In this document: positions 1-8,579 of the stretch, one piece after another
Position numbering within the stretch: position 1 is the stretch's first letter
How the letters are laid out: every line of letters starts with the position of its first letter
NCBI GenBank assembly: GCA_903919925.1
Contig: CAIXKO010000623.1
Location: 1-60,972 of the forward strand
Source: an uncultured Bacteroidota bacterium
Lineage (GTDB): Bacteria > Bacteroidota > Bacteroidia > Bacteroidales > UBA12481
Length of the DNA stretch: 60,972 nt
Reading direction: 5' to 3'
Notes under the pieces: generated by a model
Told to the model about the DNA's origin: nothing
Database searches by the model: none
The model's input: only the letters and a program-made list of their open reading frames with translations
Program-made: the position numbers and the translations under genes

Positions 1-1
1 C

Positions 2-556
2 GAGCTGGGCACGTTTCCCTGGCAGATGAGCCTGGGAATGAAGGGAATGACTATCAAACAGAATGAAGGAACCGCGGGGTGGAGCCTCGAACTGGCTATA
101 CCCTGGGATTCAATCCAATCGGTGAACCCCAACAAAGTGGCTATCGGCGAGGGAACGGAGATCGGATTCAACGTATATTTCTGCGACCAGGACGATCCGG
201 CAGTTGCAGGCACCACACGTACCAAGCTGAACTGGATATTTGGGGCAACGGCTAATCCGGTGGATTTCGGCACCCTGGTACTGAAAGGATCAACCGGAAT
301 TGATCCCACACCGGCCGGCAACGGATTAAACCTCTTGGTTTATCCGAATCCTGCAAATGGTATCCTGAATATTTCGGCGAACGAAATTTCGGGGATCGAG
401 ATATACAATACTCTGGGCTCAAAGGTGTATTCCGATCTGAACGTTAAGCCAAAGACCGCAAGAATCGATGTTTCGGAATTCGCTAAGGGTAACTATATTT
501 TACGTGTGACTGACCGGAAAGGAAAATCGGAAACTCAAAAATTTATTATCAACTAA
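2..556 (+). CDS. C-terminal part of a secreted CBM9-like sugar-binding protein with T9SS C-terminal sorting domain (5' end outside window)
   Basis: The reading frame is open from the window edge; the ORF-track start at 26 is an internal Met. The tail LLVYPNPANGILNISANE...GNYILRVTDRKGKSETQKFIIN fits the T9SS CTD (Por_Secre_tail) pattern. The preceding part (LAIPWDSI..., FGTLVLKG) resembles the end of the CBM9-like modules of the next ORF. Confidence 0.6.
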   Translation, partial: ELGTFPWQMSLGMKGMTIKQNEGTAGWSLELAIPWDSIQSVNPNKVAIGEGTEIGFNVYFCDQDDPAVAGTTRTKLNWIFGATANPVDFGTLVLKGSTGIDPTPAGNGLNLLVYPNPANGILNISANEISGIEIYNTLGSKVYSDLNVKPKTARIDVSEFAKGNYILRVTDRKGKSETQKFIIN

Positions 557-579
557 TATTTCCATCAATTCAGGAATCG

Positions 580-2868
580 ATGAAAAAGAATATGAAAATA
601 CTAACTGCTTTTGCAGGGTTCTGTCTGTTATGGGCGCAAGCCACCGGTCAAACGCTTACCCCGCCTGTTATTGATGGAACCATAGATGCAGTCTGGAGTA
701 CCACTCCTCAGCTTGATGCGGCCAAAACCGTAATGAATCAGGGAGTTACCAATGCAGCGGACTTTAGTGGATTTAGCAGGGTTTTGTGGGATAATACGGC
801 AATCTATCTGTTGGCGGTAGTGAATGACGATATTTTGGTCAATAACATGCCAACATCTTCGGATAATGATTGCGTGGAGTTCTATCTGGATCTCGACAAT
901 TCAAAAAATGCATGCGACGGATGTTCATGGCCGGCACATTCATACGATCCAAACGATTTTCAGTTCAGGTTTGTCTGGGGAAAGGATGGGGTAGCCGCAT
1001 ATAAGCATTATTTAGTAAAGGGTGGCGAACTCGATGCGGGCTTCGATCTGGATGGAATTCAATCGGCGCAAAACCGGACTGCCACGCCGGGAACGTGGGT
1101 AATGGAAGTAAAGATTCCATGGTCAAACCTTTTGTTTGCACCGGTTGCGGTTAACGGCAAAACAGGCTTTGACTTTGAGATGATCGACAACGATGGTACA
1201 GCACGGGATGCAAGGTTTGGATGGAACCACACTGCCGACAATGCGTGGCAGACGCCTTCGATCTTTGGGACCCTGAAAATGCTTGCAAACGGAGCCATAG
1301 AAATCGCCAACGACCTGGTGCCTCCGCCGGCTCCGGTAGTCACAGCCGCCGCTGATCCGAACGGACCCAACATTAACCTTTCGTGGAATGCTGTAACTGA
1401 TGATCAGGGAACCGTGGTCAGGTATGATATCTATAATGGTCTTAAATTGTTTGTGGCAAGCACAACCAATTTAACCTATATGGTAACGGGTCTTCAATGG
1501 AGTACGGATTACACCTATTATTTAAAGGCGATCGACAATTCGCAGAACCATTCGGATTTCAGCAATCCTGCCACTGCCAGGGTGATAGATATGCCCACTG
1601 ATGATAAGGTGCCCCCCACGAATCCCGTTGTTTCCGCAAAACAGGTTAAAAACTGGGTACAGCTTACCTGGACCGCATCCACCGACAACCTGGGTGTTGA
1701 AGGCTATAAAGTATATGAAACACTTACTGCGAATGTGGCTTTAAAAACGCTGCCTGCCAATCAGCTATTTTACCTGGCTGATCGCAAGGGTGGAGCCGAC
1801 CTGGCCGAGAACACCGCATATACTTTTTATGTTGCCGCCTTTGATAAAGCCGGCAATGAATCGGTTCGTGTACCCGGAACAGCAACAACCGGAGTAAAAG
1901 GTCTGATTTATAAAACGAAATACATTGCCGCTCCCAATGTAACCATCGATGGTTTGTCAGACGACGCAGTGTGGGGTTCGCTGGACAAGGCGCTGATAGA
2001 TAAAGTGCATCAGGGCACCGCAGTTGATCCCACTGATTTGAGCGGGTTCTTCAAAGCATTTGCCGACCTGAACAACCTGTATCTGTATATTGAAATAAAC
2101 GATGAATCACTGAATGCCTGGGATGGAATTAGCGGGTATCCGAACCCAAATTATATGTATGATGCCATTGAGGTCTTCTTTTCCATGACCAATGCATATA
2201 ATCATAATCCATTAAAAGCAGGCGATTCGCAGTTGCGGTTCAACTATGACGTATCAGATCAGATAACGGGGCAGTGGGGAACCCCAACAGGCCAGGTTCA
2301 GCTCGGGCCCAAGGATTCCAAGAAGGATGCCGATTTGAATATCACCTTTGCACAGGCTCTTTTCCCGGACAATTCCGGATATTCATTCGAAGCAAAAATC
2401 CCACTGAACAAACTTGCGGATCTGGCCGGTGGTTTTATTCCCTATTCCGGGGCCCGCATCGGATTCGATGTGAATTACCTGGATAATGACGGCACGGTAG
2501 ATGCCAATAATAATGCTGCCCGCCAGAATGTTTATGCATGGGGCAATACTTCCGGTATAGATACCTGGAACAACACGGCGAACCTGGCCACCATGGAGTT
2601 TACAGGGGGGCCTTCGGGTATTGCACAGATAAAACAGGCAGCTTTCGAAGTATATCCAAATCCCGTAACAAACATGCTAACTGTTACATTAACAGATATT
2701 ACCCGTGTTGAAATTTTTAATCTTACCGGGGCAATGGTTTACCAGGAAAAAGCCATTACCCGTGACAGGATGATGATCGACTTGTCGGGTTTGAGCCAGG
2801 GCACCTATTTGCTGAAAGTGTTTAATCATGAAGGCATATCGGGAAATCAATTAATTATTAAAGAGTAG
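580..2868 (+). CDS. Secreted multidomain glycan-binding protein: two CBM9-like modules, two FN3-like repeats, T9SS CTD
   Basis: Signal peptide MKKNMKILTAFAGFCLLWAQATGQ. CBM9-type module starts PPVIDGTIDAVW and NVTIDGLSDDAVW. Two FN3-like repeats (LSWNAVTDDQGTVVRYDIY; LTWTASTDNLGVEGYKVY). C-terminal FEVYPNPVTNMLTVTL...GTYLLKVFNHEG sorting domain. Confidence 0.65.
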   Translation: MKKNMKILTAFAGFCLLWAQATGQTLTPPVIDGTIDAVWSTTPQLDAAKTVMNQGVTNAADFSGFSRVLWDNTAIYLLAVVNDDILVNNMPTSSDNDCVEFYLDLDNSKNACDGCSWPAHSYDPNDFQFRFVWGKDGVAAYKHYLVKGGELDAGFDLDGIQSAQNRTATPGTWVMEVKIPWSNLLFAPVAVNGKTGFDFEMIDNDGTARDARFGWNHTADNAWQTPSIFGTLKMLANGAIEIANDLVPPPAPVVTAAADPNGPNINLSWNAVTDDQGTVVRYDIYNGLKLFVASTTNLTYMVTGLQWSTDYTYYLKAIDNSQNHSDFSNPATARVIDMPTDDKVPPTNPVVSAKQVKNWVQLTWTASTDNLGVEGYKVYETLTANVALKTLPANQLFYLADRKGGADLAENTAYTFYVAAFDKAGNESVRVPGTATTGVKGLIYKTKYIAAPNVTIDGLSDDAVWGSLDKALIDKVHQGTAVDPTDLSGFFKAFADLNNLYLYIEINDESLNAWDGISGYPNPNYMYDAIEVFFSMTNAYNHNPLKAGDSQLRFNYDVSDQITGQWGTPTGQVQLGPKDSKKDADLNITFAQALFPDNSGYSFEAKIPLNKLADLAGGFIPYSGARIGFDVNYLDNDGTVDANNNAARQNVYAWGNTSGIDTWNNTANLATMEFTGGPSGIAQIKQAAFEVYPNPVTNMLTVTLTDITRVEIFNLTGAMVYQEKAITRDRMMIDLSGLSQGTYLLKVFNHEGISGNQLIIKE

Positions 2869-2901
2869 GTTTTTCAGAGTAAATTGTAATTGGTTTAACA
2901 G

Positions 2902-2937
2902 GAATGGGTGAGTAATCTTGCTTGCCCATTCTTTTTT
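2902..2937 (+). terminator. Rho-independent terminator candidate after 580..2868
   Basis: gaatgggtgag (2902-2912) pairs with cttgcccattc (2921-2931). The stem is 11 bp including two G-U pairs, with an 8-nt loop, followed directly by tttttt (2932-2937). Confidence 0.55.
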
Positions 2938-2957
2938 CCTGATCAATTCAAACACAC

Positions 2958-5009
2958 ATGGTTACGGGAATGATACGACTGACCGCATTAAGAACGGTAA
3001 TATTTCTGACCCTGCATTTGCTATTTGCCTGTAAAGGGTTATCGGAAGGCTGGTACTTTTCAAATACAGGAGATGACCGCTTTTCAGGAAAATCTCGTGA
3101 TACCCCCTGGGCGACCCTCGACAGGCTCAATACGCAGGAATTGAAGCCTGGTGACTCGCTGTTTTTCAGGCGGGGTGATATCTTCAGGGGACAATTAATA
3201 CTGAGATATTCAGGTATTCCGGGTAATCCCATTTTCATAGGCACTTATGGCTCAGGTGATGCGCCTGTATTTTCCGGAACAATACCTGTACAAAAATGGC
3301 AGAAGTATAACGACCGGATCTTTTCAGCAGCTGTGAATTCTCCCGTCCGGTCGGTTTACATTGATCAGGTGATGGCAATTAAGGCTCGCTATCCTAACAC
3401 CGGTTTTCTGACCATAGATAAAGGAATTGGCCGGGATGGGCTGGCCGATGAGTCGCTCAGGGAGGAGGGCGGGTACTGGAAGGGTGCAACTGTCAGGATC
3501 AGAACCATAGACTGGGTGTATGAAGTAAGAAAAGTATCATCCTACAAAAAGGGTGAAATACGGTTCGGAAAACATGCCGGTTATCCGGTAGAACAGGGAT
3601 ATGAGTACCGGTTTTCGCCGGATCAGAATCAAACCATGTATGATATCCAGCCGGGTTACGGATACTATCTGGAAGATAAATTCGAACAGTTGGATGCTCC
3701 TGGTGAATGGTATTTTGATCAAAAGGAAAACAGGCTGTTTATTATGGCGGATACGGCATCGCTCATCGAGGCGGGTGTGTTTGATTATGGGGTAAAGTTT
3801 GAAAATGAGATTCATGATATTGTAATTCAGGGGATTGTTCTCGAAAAGTACACCGGGGCAGGTACATACAGCGCTTACCCGGTTTGGAATTTGGATATTC
3901 GGGATAATGTATACAGGAATATGGATGGTTCCGGGATACGGCTCGATGGAATTCCTACCCACTGCACGATTTCCAGCAACCGGATGGACCGGATTAACTC
4001 GAGGGCGATTTCCCTGATGCGGGCGGTTGATTGCACCGTCACCGGCAATCAGATATCGCATACCGGCCTGATCAGGGGCTATGGATTAAGTGGTGTCAAT
4101 GGCGCCTCAGCGATCTCCATGCCAAACCTTGAAACCCAGGTGCAATCGGAGCCCTTTGCGCATAATAACCTGATTCAGTTCAACACCATCGATAGTTGCG
4201 GTTATGTAGGTATCCGGGTGGATGGACACGATAACACCATAATCAATAATGTGATCAGCAATTGCATGCTCACACTGAACGATGGGGCGGGAATTTATTG
4301 TTTCGCAAGACAAACCGGGGTAACCTTTAAAAATACCATCCAAAATAATATAGTTATCAATATTATTGGTGATAATACGGGTACGCCGGGCAATTCATTA
4401 ATAGCAAAAGGAATCTATCTTGATAACTATTCACATGAAAATATGGTGGAGGGAAATACCATTATCAATGCCCGTTCGGCCGGAATATTGGTCAATGACG
4501 GGTCGAACAGAAACAAAATCCTCAACAACAACCTGTTTGGAAACAATGCCGGGATTTCGTTTGCAGAATGGCGGAGTGTTGGACAGAATTACGGAAACGA
4601 AGTCAAAGGAAATTCGGTTATCTGTGCAAAAGCTTCCCAAAAGGCAATAGACCTGATTAATCATATTTCAAGTGAAATGAAGCCAGCCATTTTTGAAAAT
4701 AATTTTTACTGCAATTTTTATGATCAGTATTTCTTCAGAATCCTGACTAATCATAAAATTTACCGGAATACCAGTGAAATGTCGTTTGATGTCTGGAAAG
4801 ACAGGACGAGGCAAGATGGTACGAGCAAGTCTCTGAATCCTGGGGATTTGGTGAAATATCCGGGGGGAGCGATTATACTTTATAATGAGGGGAAGATTGA
4901 AAAAGAGTATTCAATTAAGGAAAAAAAATATTATTATATTGATGGGAAAAGGGCGGGGGAGAGTATTACTTTGGAGCCTTTCAGGTCGGTAATATTGTTG
5001 GTGGAATAG
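2958..5009 (+). CDS. Right-handed parallel beta-helix repeat protein, probable lipoprotein
   Basis: N-terminus ...FLTLHLLFACKG is signal/lipobox-like. Beta-helix rung motifs: NVISNCMLTLNDGAGIYCF, NNIVINIIGDN, EGNTIINARSAGILVNDGS, NNNLFGNNAGISF. The first ~130 aa are colinear with 33987..36107 (PGDSLFFRRGDIF / PGDEVLFHCGQIF; ARYPNTGFLTIDKG / ARIPATGFFPIEKG). Confidence 0.7.
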   Translation: MVTGMIRLTALRTVIFLTLHLLFACKGLSEGWYFSNTGDDRFSGKSRDTPWATLDRLNTQELKPGDSLFFRRGDIFRGQLILRYSGIPGNPIFIGTYGSGDAPVFSGTIPVQKWQKYNDRIFSAAVNSPVRSVYIDQVMAIKARYPNTGFLTIDKGIGRDGLADESLREEGGYWKGATVRIRTIDWVYEVRKVSSYKKGEIRFGKHAGYPVEQGYEYRFSPDQNQTMYDIQPGYGYYLEDKFEQLDAPGEWYFDQKENRLFIMADTASLIEAGVFDYGVKFENEIHDIVIQGIVLEKYTGAGTYSAYPVWNLDIRDNVYRNMDGSGIRLDGIPTHCTISSNRMDRINSRAISLMRAVDCTVTGNQISHTGLIRGYGLSGVNGASAISMPNLETQVQSEPFAHNNLIQFNTIDSCGYVGIRVDGHDNTIINNVISNCMLTLNDGAGIYCFARQTGVTFKNTIQNNIVINIIGDNTGTPGNSLIAKGIYLDNYSHENMVEGNTIINARSAGILVNDGSNRNKILNNNLFGNNAGISFAEWRSVGQNYGNEVKGNSVICAKASQKAIDLINHISSEMKPAIFENNFYCNFYDQYFFRILTNHKIYRNTSEMSFDVWKDRTRQDGTSKSLNPGDLVKYPGGAIILYNEGKIEKEYSIKEKKYYYIDGKRAGESITLEPFRSVILLVE

Positions 5010-5043
5010 TTTGAATATTAGATGGATTTGTCAAAAAATAATT

Positions 5044-6042
5044 TTAACATCCCATTGACTTTGATTCTCCGATCTTTGATAAAATGGCTTGCGACAACAA
5101 TTTGAAATCCTGATAAGAGCGTAATACAGCCTGATAATGAGCCCCAATGGCTCCATCAGCTGGTTTTAATGCGAAAATTGGTTTTCTTGCTTCCATAGCC
5201 ATTGGGATTAAGCTGTGATAATGCTTTAATACAGCCAGGCAATTCTCATCATTCTCAACTTTCTTTTCAGAGGCAACCGCTGTTTCCAAAACATATTTTT
5301 CGAATACTTCAGGAATCCTGTTTGCCCACTTCATATAGGATTGAACAGGCCTGCTCTCTTTAATACCATGTTGCATAACAACATAACCCAGTGGTTTAAT
5401 CAAACCATCAGGCAACGACATATCCAAAACCCGATTTCTATTAAACCGGTCTGACCATTCGGCTTTCCATGTGCTTAAACGGTTTCCCAGGTTTCTCAAG
5501 CCTTGCAGTGAAAATAAGTCAGCCGCCATAGGCACAACCACATAATCAGCTGAAATAAGAGTAGCCCGGTTTAATGCACCAAAATTCGGACCCACATCAA
5601 TTATGCAATATTCTGCTCCGTACTGCTCGGTTTCGTTTAGAATAATACGGTAAAATGATGATACAATCCGAAAGGCTGCTTCATCTCCATCGACACATTT
5701 ACTCCAGTTTGAACTGAGTTTGTCTTCAAAGAGGGATAATTCCAGGTCTCCTGCCAACAAGCCAATATTTGGAGCAACCTCATGAATTTTCACGCGTGCA
5801 ATATCGCCAATACCTCTGTCTAATGGCTTTATTCCGGATAGTAAAGTTTCGCGGTTCGATTCCTGGCTATATATTCTTTCCAGCTCATCGTCTGGTAAAA
5901 ACATGGAGGTAAGGTTAGCCTGGGGATCCAAATCAACGGCCAGGCAGTTGTACCCCAATTCGGCGAGCATATAGGTAAAATGATAAACGAGAGTTGTTTT
6001 ACCCACACCTCCCTTGTTATTGAAAAAAATGATTGTTTTCAT
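5044..6042 (-). CDS. ParA/MinD-type deviant Walker A ATPase (332 aa, extended C-terminus)
   Basis: FNNKGGVGKTTL deviant Walker A at residues 7-18, AVDLDPQANLT, and IIDVGPNFG Walker-B-like segment. Its ATG overlaps the stop of the upstream gene (TAATG at 6040-6044, minus strand). Confidence 0.85.
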   Translation of the reverse strand: MKTIIFFNNKGGVGKTTLVYHFTYMLAELGYNCLAVDLDPQANLTSMFLPDDELERIYSQESNRETLLSGIKPLDRGIGDIARVKIHEVAPNIGLLAGDLELSLFEDKLSSNWSKCVDGDEAAFRIVSSFYRIILNETEQYGAEYCIIDVGPNFGALNRATLISADYVVVPMAADLFSLQGLRNLGNRLSTWKAEWSDRFNRNRVLDMSLPDGLIKPLGYVVMQHGIKESRPVQSYMKWANRIPEVFEKYVLETAVASEKKVENDENCLAVLKHYHSLIPMAMEARKPIFALKPADGAIGAHYQAVLRSYQDFKLLSQAILSKIGESKSMGC

Positions 6043-7220
6043 TACCTTTTGAATATTTTCACTAAAAATGAGGTTGGTTGATTTGTTAAAAATTCCGGCT
6101 CAGGATTTCCGTTTTTCTTAAGAGCAGCTAATGCCGCTTTTACCCCTATGTTAAAACCGTTAACATATCCTAAATTTTTTGCAGCCTCTGAAACGGCCGG
6201 ATTTCGATAATCGTTTTCATTTGGAAAATTCTCCGGTCTGGCCTTACCATAAAGTCCACCCGCATTCGATATCTCAATACGATTGGAGAATTCATAGAAT
6301 TTTACGGGAGCATTTGACTGATAATCCCTATGGATGACAGCATTATAGAGCAATTCCTTAATTGCGCGCAATGGATAACTGAACACATAATCACCCCCGA
6401 GTTCAGGTAGTACCATTTTTACGATATTTGCCTTTATAAACTCATCCATTTGACCCATTTGGGTAGTTAAATCACCATCGAAACGGTATTCAAACTCAAA
6501 GTCACTCGCTTCGTCCCCACCGGCAAACCTAACATACTGTACATAACTCCCGGGAATAAAAAAACGAGGATTATTACCAAACATTAGAATACCTGCATAG
6601 GTTGGACAATCTTCCTTTAAATCAAAAATTTTTAGCGAAGCGAGTTGTTGTTTAAGTTCCCGATGATTATCAGCCAGGGTTTCCGCATCAATGGCAGAGG
6701 GCAAATACCGCAGCTTGAATAATTCAATACTGATATCATCAAGATTGCTTCCTTTACACGGCCAGGCATCGAAAGTACGGGCAAATGCTGAACGTTTTTC
6801 GCTTAGGATTCTCTCTTCTGCTTCATTGGCTGTTCCTTTTTGCGGACCAACCCGAATGCACACTTTACCTTTATATCTTACGGGTGGCAGAAAATGAGGT
6901 TGAACCTCTACTACAGCAATTTCACCATCCGGATAAGTAAACTTAGAGACGGTAAGTGCCGGCGGGGGAACAATCCGGCCATCCGTTCGGAAATCGAGTA
7001 AAAATTGCAGAAGCTTTTCATTTACACTCATTCCTGATCTTGAGCCATTATCATTCACTCCAACCAACAGGTATCCCGGTAGATTGTGATTTGGCAGATC
7101 GTTGGCAAAGGAGCAAATTGCCTCGCCGAATTTATCCGTATCGGTTCGGGAAATGGTTTTCTCAACCCTATCCTGCTCCAATTGCGAGACTAATTTGTCT
7201 ATTTCTTCTTGTGGTATCAT
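6042..7220 (-). CDS. AlbA_2 (divergent AAA / Schlafen-related) + HATPase_c_4-like ATP-binding putative nucleic-acid-binding protein
   Basis: N-terminal ...DKFGEAICSFANDLPNHNLPGYLLVGVNDNGSRSG... fits the AlbA_2 core pattern. C-terminal LLYNAVIHRDY...IEISNAGGL...YRNPAVSEAAKNLGYVNGFNIGV fits the RecG-like C-terminal HATPase_c_4 pattern. Confidence 0.75.
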   Translation of the reverse strand: MIPQEEIDKLVSQLEQDRVEKTISRTDTDKFGEAICSFANDLPNHNLPGYLLVGVNDNGSRSGMSVNEKLLQFLLDFRTDGRIVPPPALTVSKFTYPDGEIAVVEVQPHFLPPVRYKGKVCIRVGPQKGTANEAEERILSEKRSAFARTFDAWPCKGSNLDDISIELFKLRYLPSAIDAETLADNHRELKQQLASLKIFDLKEDCPTYAGILMFGNNPRFFIPGSYVQYVRFAGGDEASDFEFEYRFDGDLTTQMGQMDEFIKANIVKMVLPELGGDYVFSYPLRAIKELLYNAVIHRDYQSNAPVKFYEFSNRIEISNAGGLYGKARPENFPNENDYRNPAVSEAAKNLGYVNGFNIGVKAALAALKKNGNPEPEFLTNQPTSFLVKIFKR

Positions 7221-7379
7221 TTTTTTCCTGCGAATTTACGGTAAGTTACGTAAAACTTGCACGAGCTTCGACACTAAAAGAGCATCCTTTGTCGCAAAAC
7301 AACCTTAGGAAAATCAGTTGATTCGTTGTAATTCTTTATGGATAGTATTATTGCATAGGTAATGACCATATAATCTGCT

Positions 7380-7646
7380 TTATAGTTGTTTAATCAATTC
7401 TTTTGCCTTATCAACGGTATACGCAGTATCAATGGCTTTTTTATCAAAAACCATAAAGTACAGAAAATCTTTTCCGGCAAGTTCAGCCCACTTGTTACCC
7501 AAACGACATTTTGCTGCACTGTCGGAATTATCACGGTCATCGCCTTTGGTTTCTACAATGAAATCCGGGTAGTGGTTGGATTTAAAGCCATTGATATAAT
7601 CTAAAGAGAATTTTTTCGCATCATTATTTGAAGAATCGGCTGACCG
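7380..7646 (-). pseudogene. C-terminal remnant (88 codons, no start) of a restriction-type helicase/nuclease (ResIII-family-like PD-(D/E)xK tail)
   Basis: My own minus-strand translation gives RSADSSNNDAKKFSLDYINGFKSNHYPDFIVETKGDDRDNSDSAAKCRLGNKWAELAGKDFLYFMVFDKKAIDTAYTVDKAKELIKQL*. The Y-PDF-[IV]-x-E-x-KG motif plus K..W tail is as found at C-termini of type III res-subunit-like proteins. An in-frame TGA lies at 7647-7649 and no Met start is present. Not in the ORF track. Confidence 0.45.
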
Positions 7647-7722
7647 TCAAATTAAATCTGTAACAAAGTTTAAAACACCAGATATTTCATCACAAATAAA
7701 TTTAAGATTTGCTTGTTCGTAA

Positions 7723-8490
7723 TCATCCTATGGCATACAAAGGAAGGTTTGTCATCCATGATTCTTCTTTGTAGTCCGACAAGGAGGTCCGGATTGCATT
7801 TGAAGGTTTATACTTTTCACAAAACAGCTTAAAACTTCTGGCTTCCAGGTTTTCTCCCGATTTTACTTCTATCGGAATAACTTCACCTTCTTCCTGAATG
7901 ACAAAATCGACTTCAGAGGTGCTCCGTTCATTTGTCCAATAACCGATATAGCGTTCGCTGTTCAGTCGCAGCTGCTGCATCACATATTGCTCTGTGAGCG
8001 CTCCCTTAAACTCGGTAAAGATTTCATCGCCCTCGATGATCGTTCGTACGTTAAGTCCTGCCATAGCACCAAGCAAGCCAACGTCGTGAAGGAACAATTT
8101 AAAGACAGAAATGTCCTGATAGGCAGCAATCGGGATTCCCGGTTTTGATACACGGTGGCATTTCAGGAGCAGGCCACAATCTGTCAGCCATTGGATAGCC
8201 AGTTCGAAATCTTTGGCACGGGCTCCCTGCCGGATAAGCCCATATACAAATTTCTTATTTTCTTTGGCTAATTGAGAGGGAATGCTTTGCCAAACCATCC
8301 GGATCCGGGGAACGGTTTCATTGGGCGCATGTTTGGAGAAATCGCCTTCATACGAATTTAGTATCCTGTTTTGGATACGGCGAACCAGTTGCCAATCCCG
8401 GGTTTTAACAAAGGCATCCACTACCTCGGGCATTCCTCCCACATAAAAATAATAGTGGAGATATTCTTTAAGTTTCTGATTGAATTTCGT
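7723..8490 (-). pseudogene. 5'-truncated AAA-ATPase/DUF4143 family gene (C-terminal ~255 codons only)
   Basis: ...KEYLHYYFYVGGMPEVVDAFVKTRDW..., then the DUF4143-like part, then a PD-(D/E)xK-like end (EVDFVIQEEGEVIPIEVKSG). The frame is closed by TAG at 8491-8493. Only ~90 nt remain before the next gene, so the ~180-aa N-terminal AAA domain typical of this family is missing. Confidence 0.6.
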
Positions 8491-8579
8491 CTAAAACGAT
8501 CAGCGTATCATCTGCCGTTATTGTGGTTTGAGCATATATCTGCAGCACGGTTATGATCCGTTCAATATCAAAATCGATT

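Noticed and set aside
3537-4061. Long nested or antisense ORFs inside large genes. Examples are 3537..4061, 11786..12235, 16806..17243, 18734..19264, 20768..21361, 31401..31871 and 37284..37730.
   Set aside because: All lie entirely within strongly supported CDSs on other frames or strands. They have no family motifs and show composition typical of out-of-frame translation.
7221-7379. A 31-codon minus-strand mini-ORF (MVITYAIILSIKNYNESTDFPKVVLRQRMLF) upstream of the AlbA_2 gene, considered as a possible third component of the cassette.
   Set aside because: It is very short and has no recognisable motif. It lies in what is more likely the promoter region, and nothing supports translation.
5010-8579. 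A search for direct repeats (att-like) or an integrase/recombinase bounding the low-GC islet.
   Set aside because: By eye I found no matching flank repeats and no integrase or transposase ORF. The islet boundaries therefore remain undefined.
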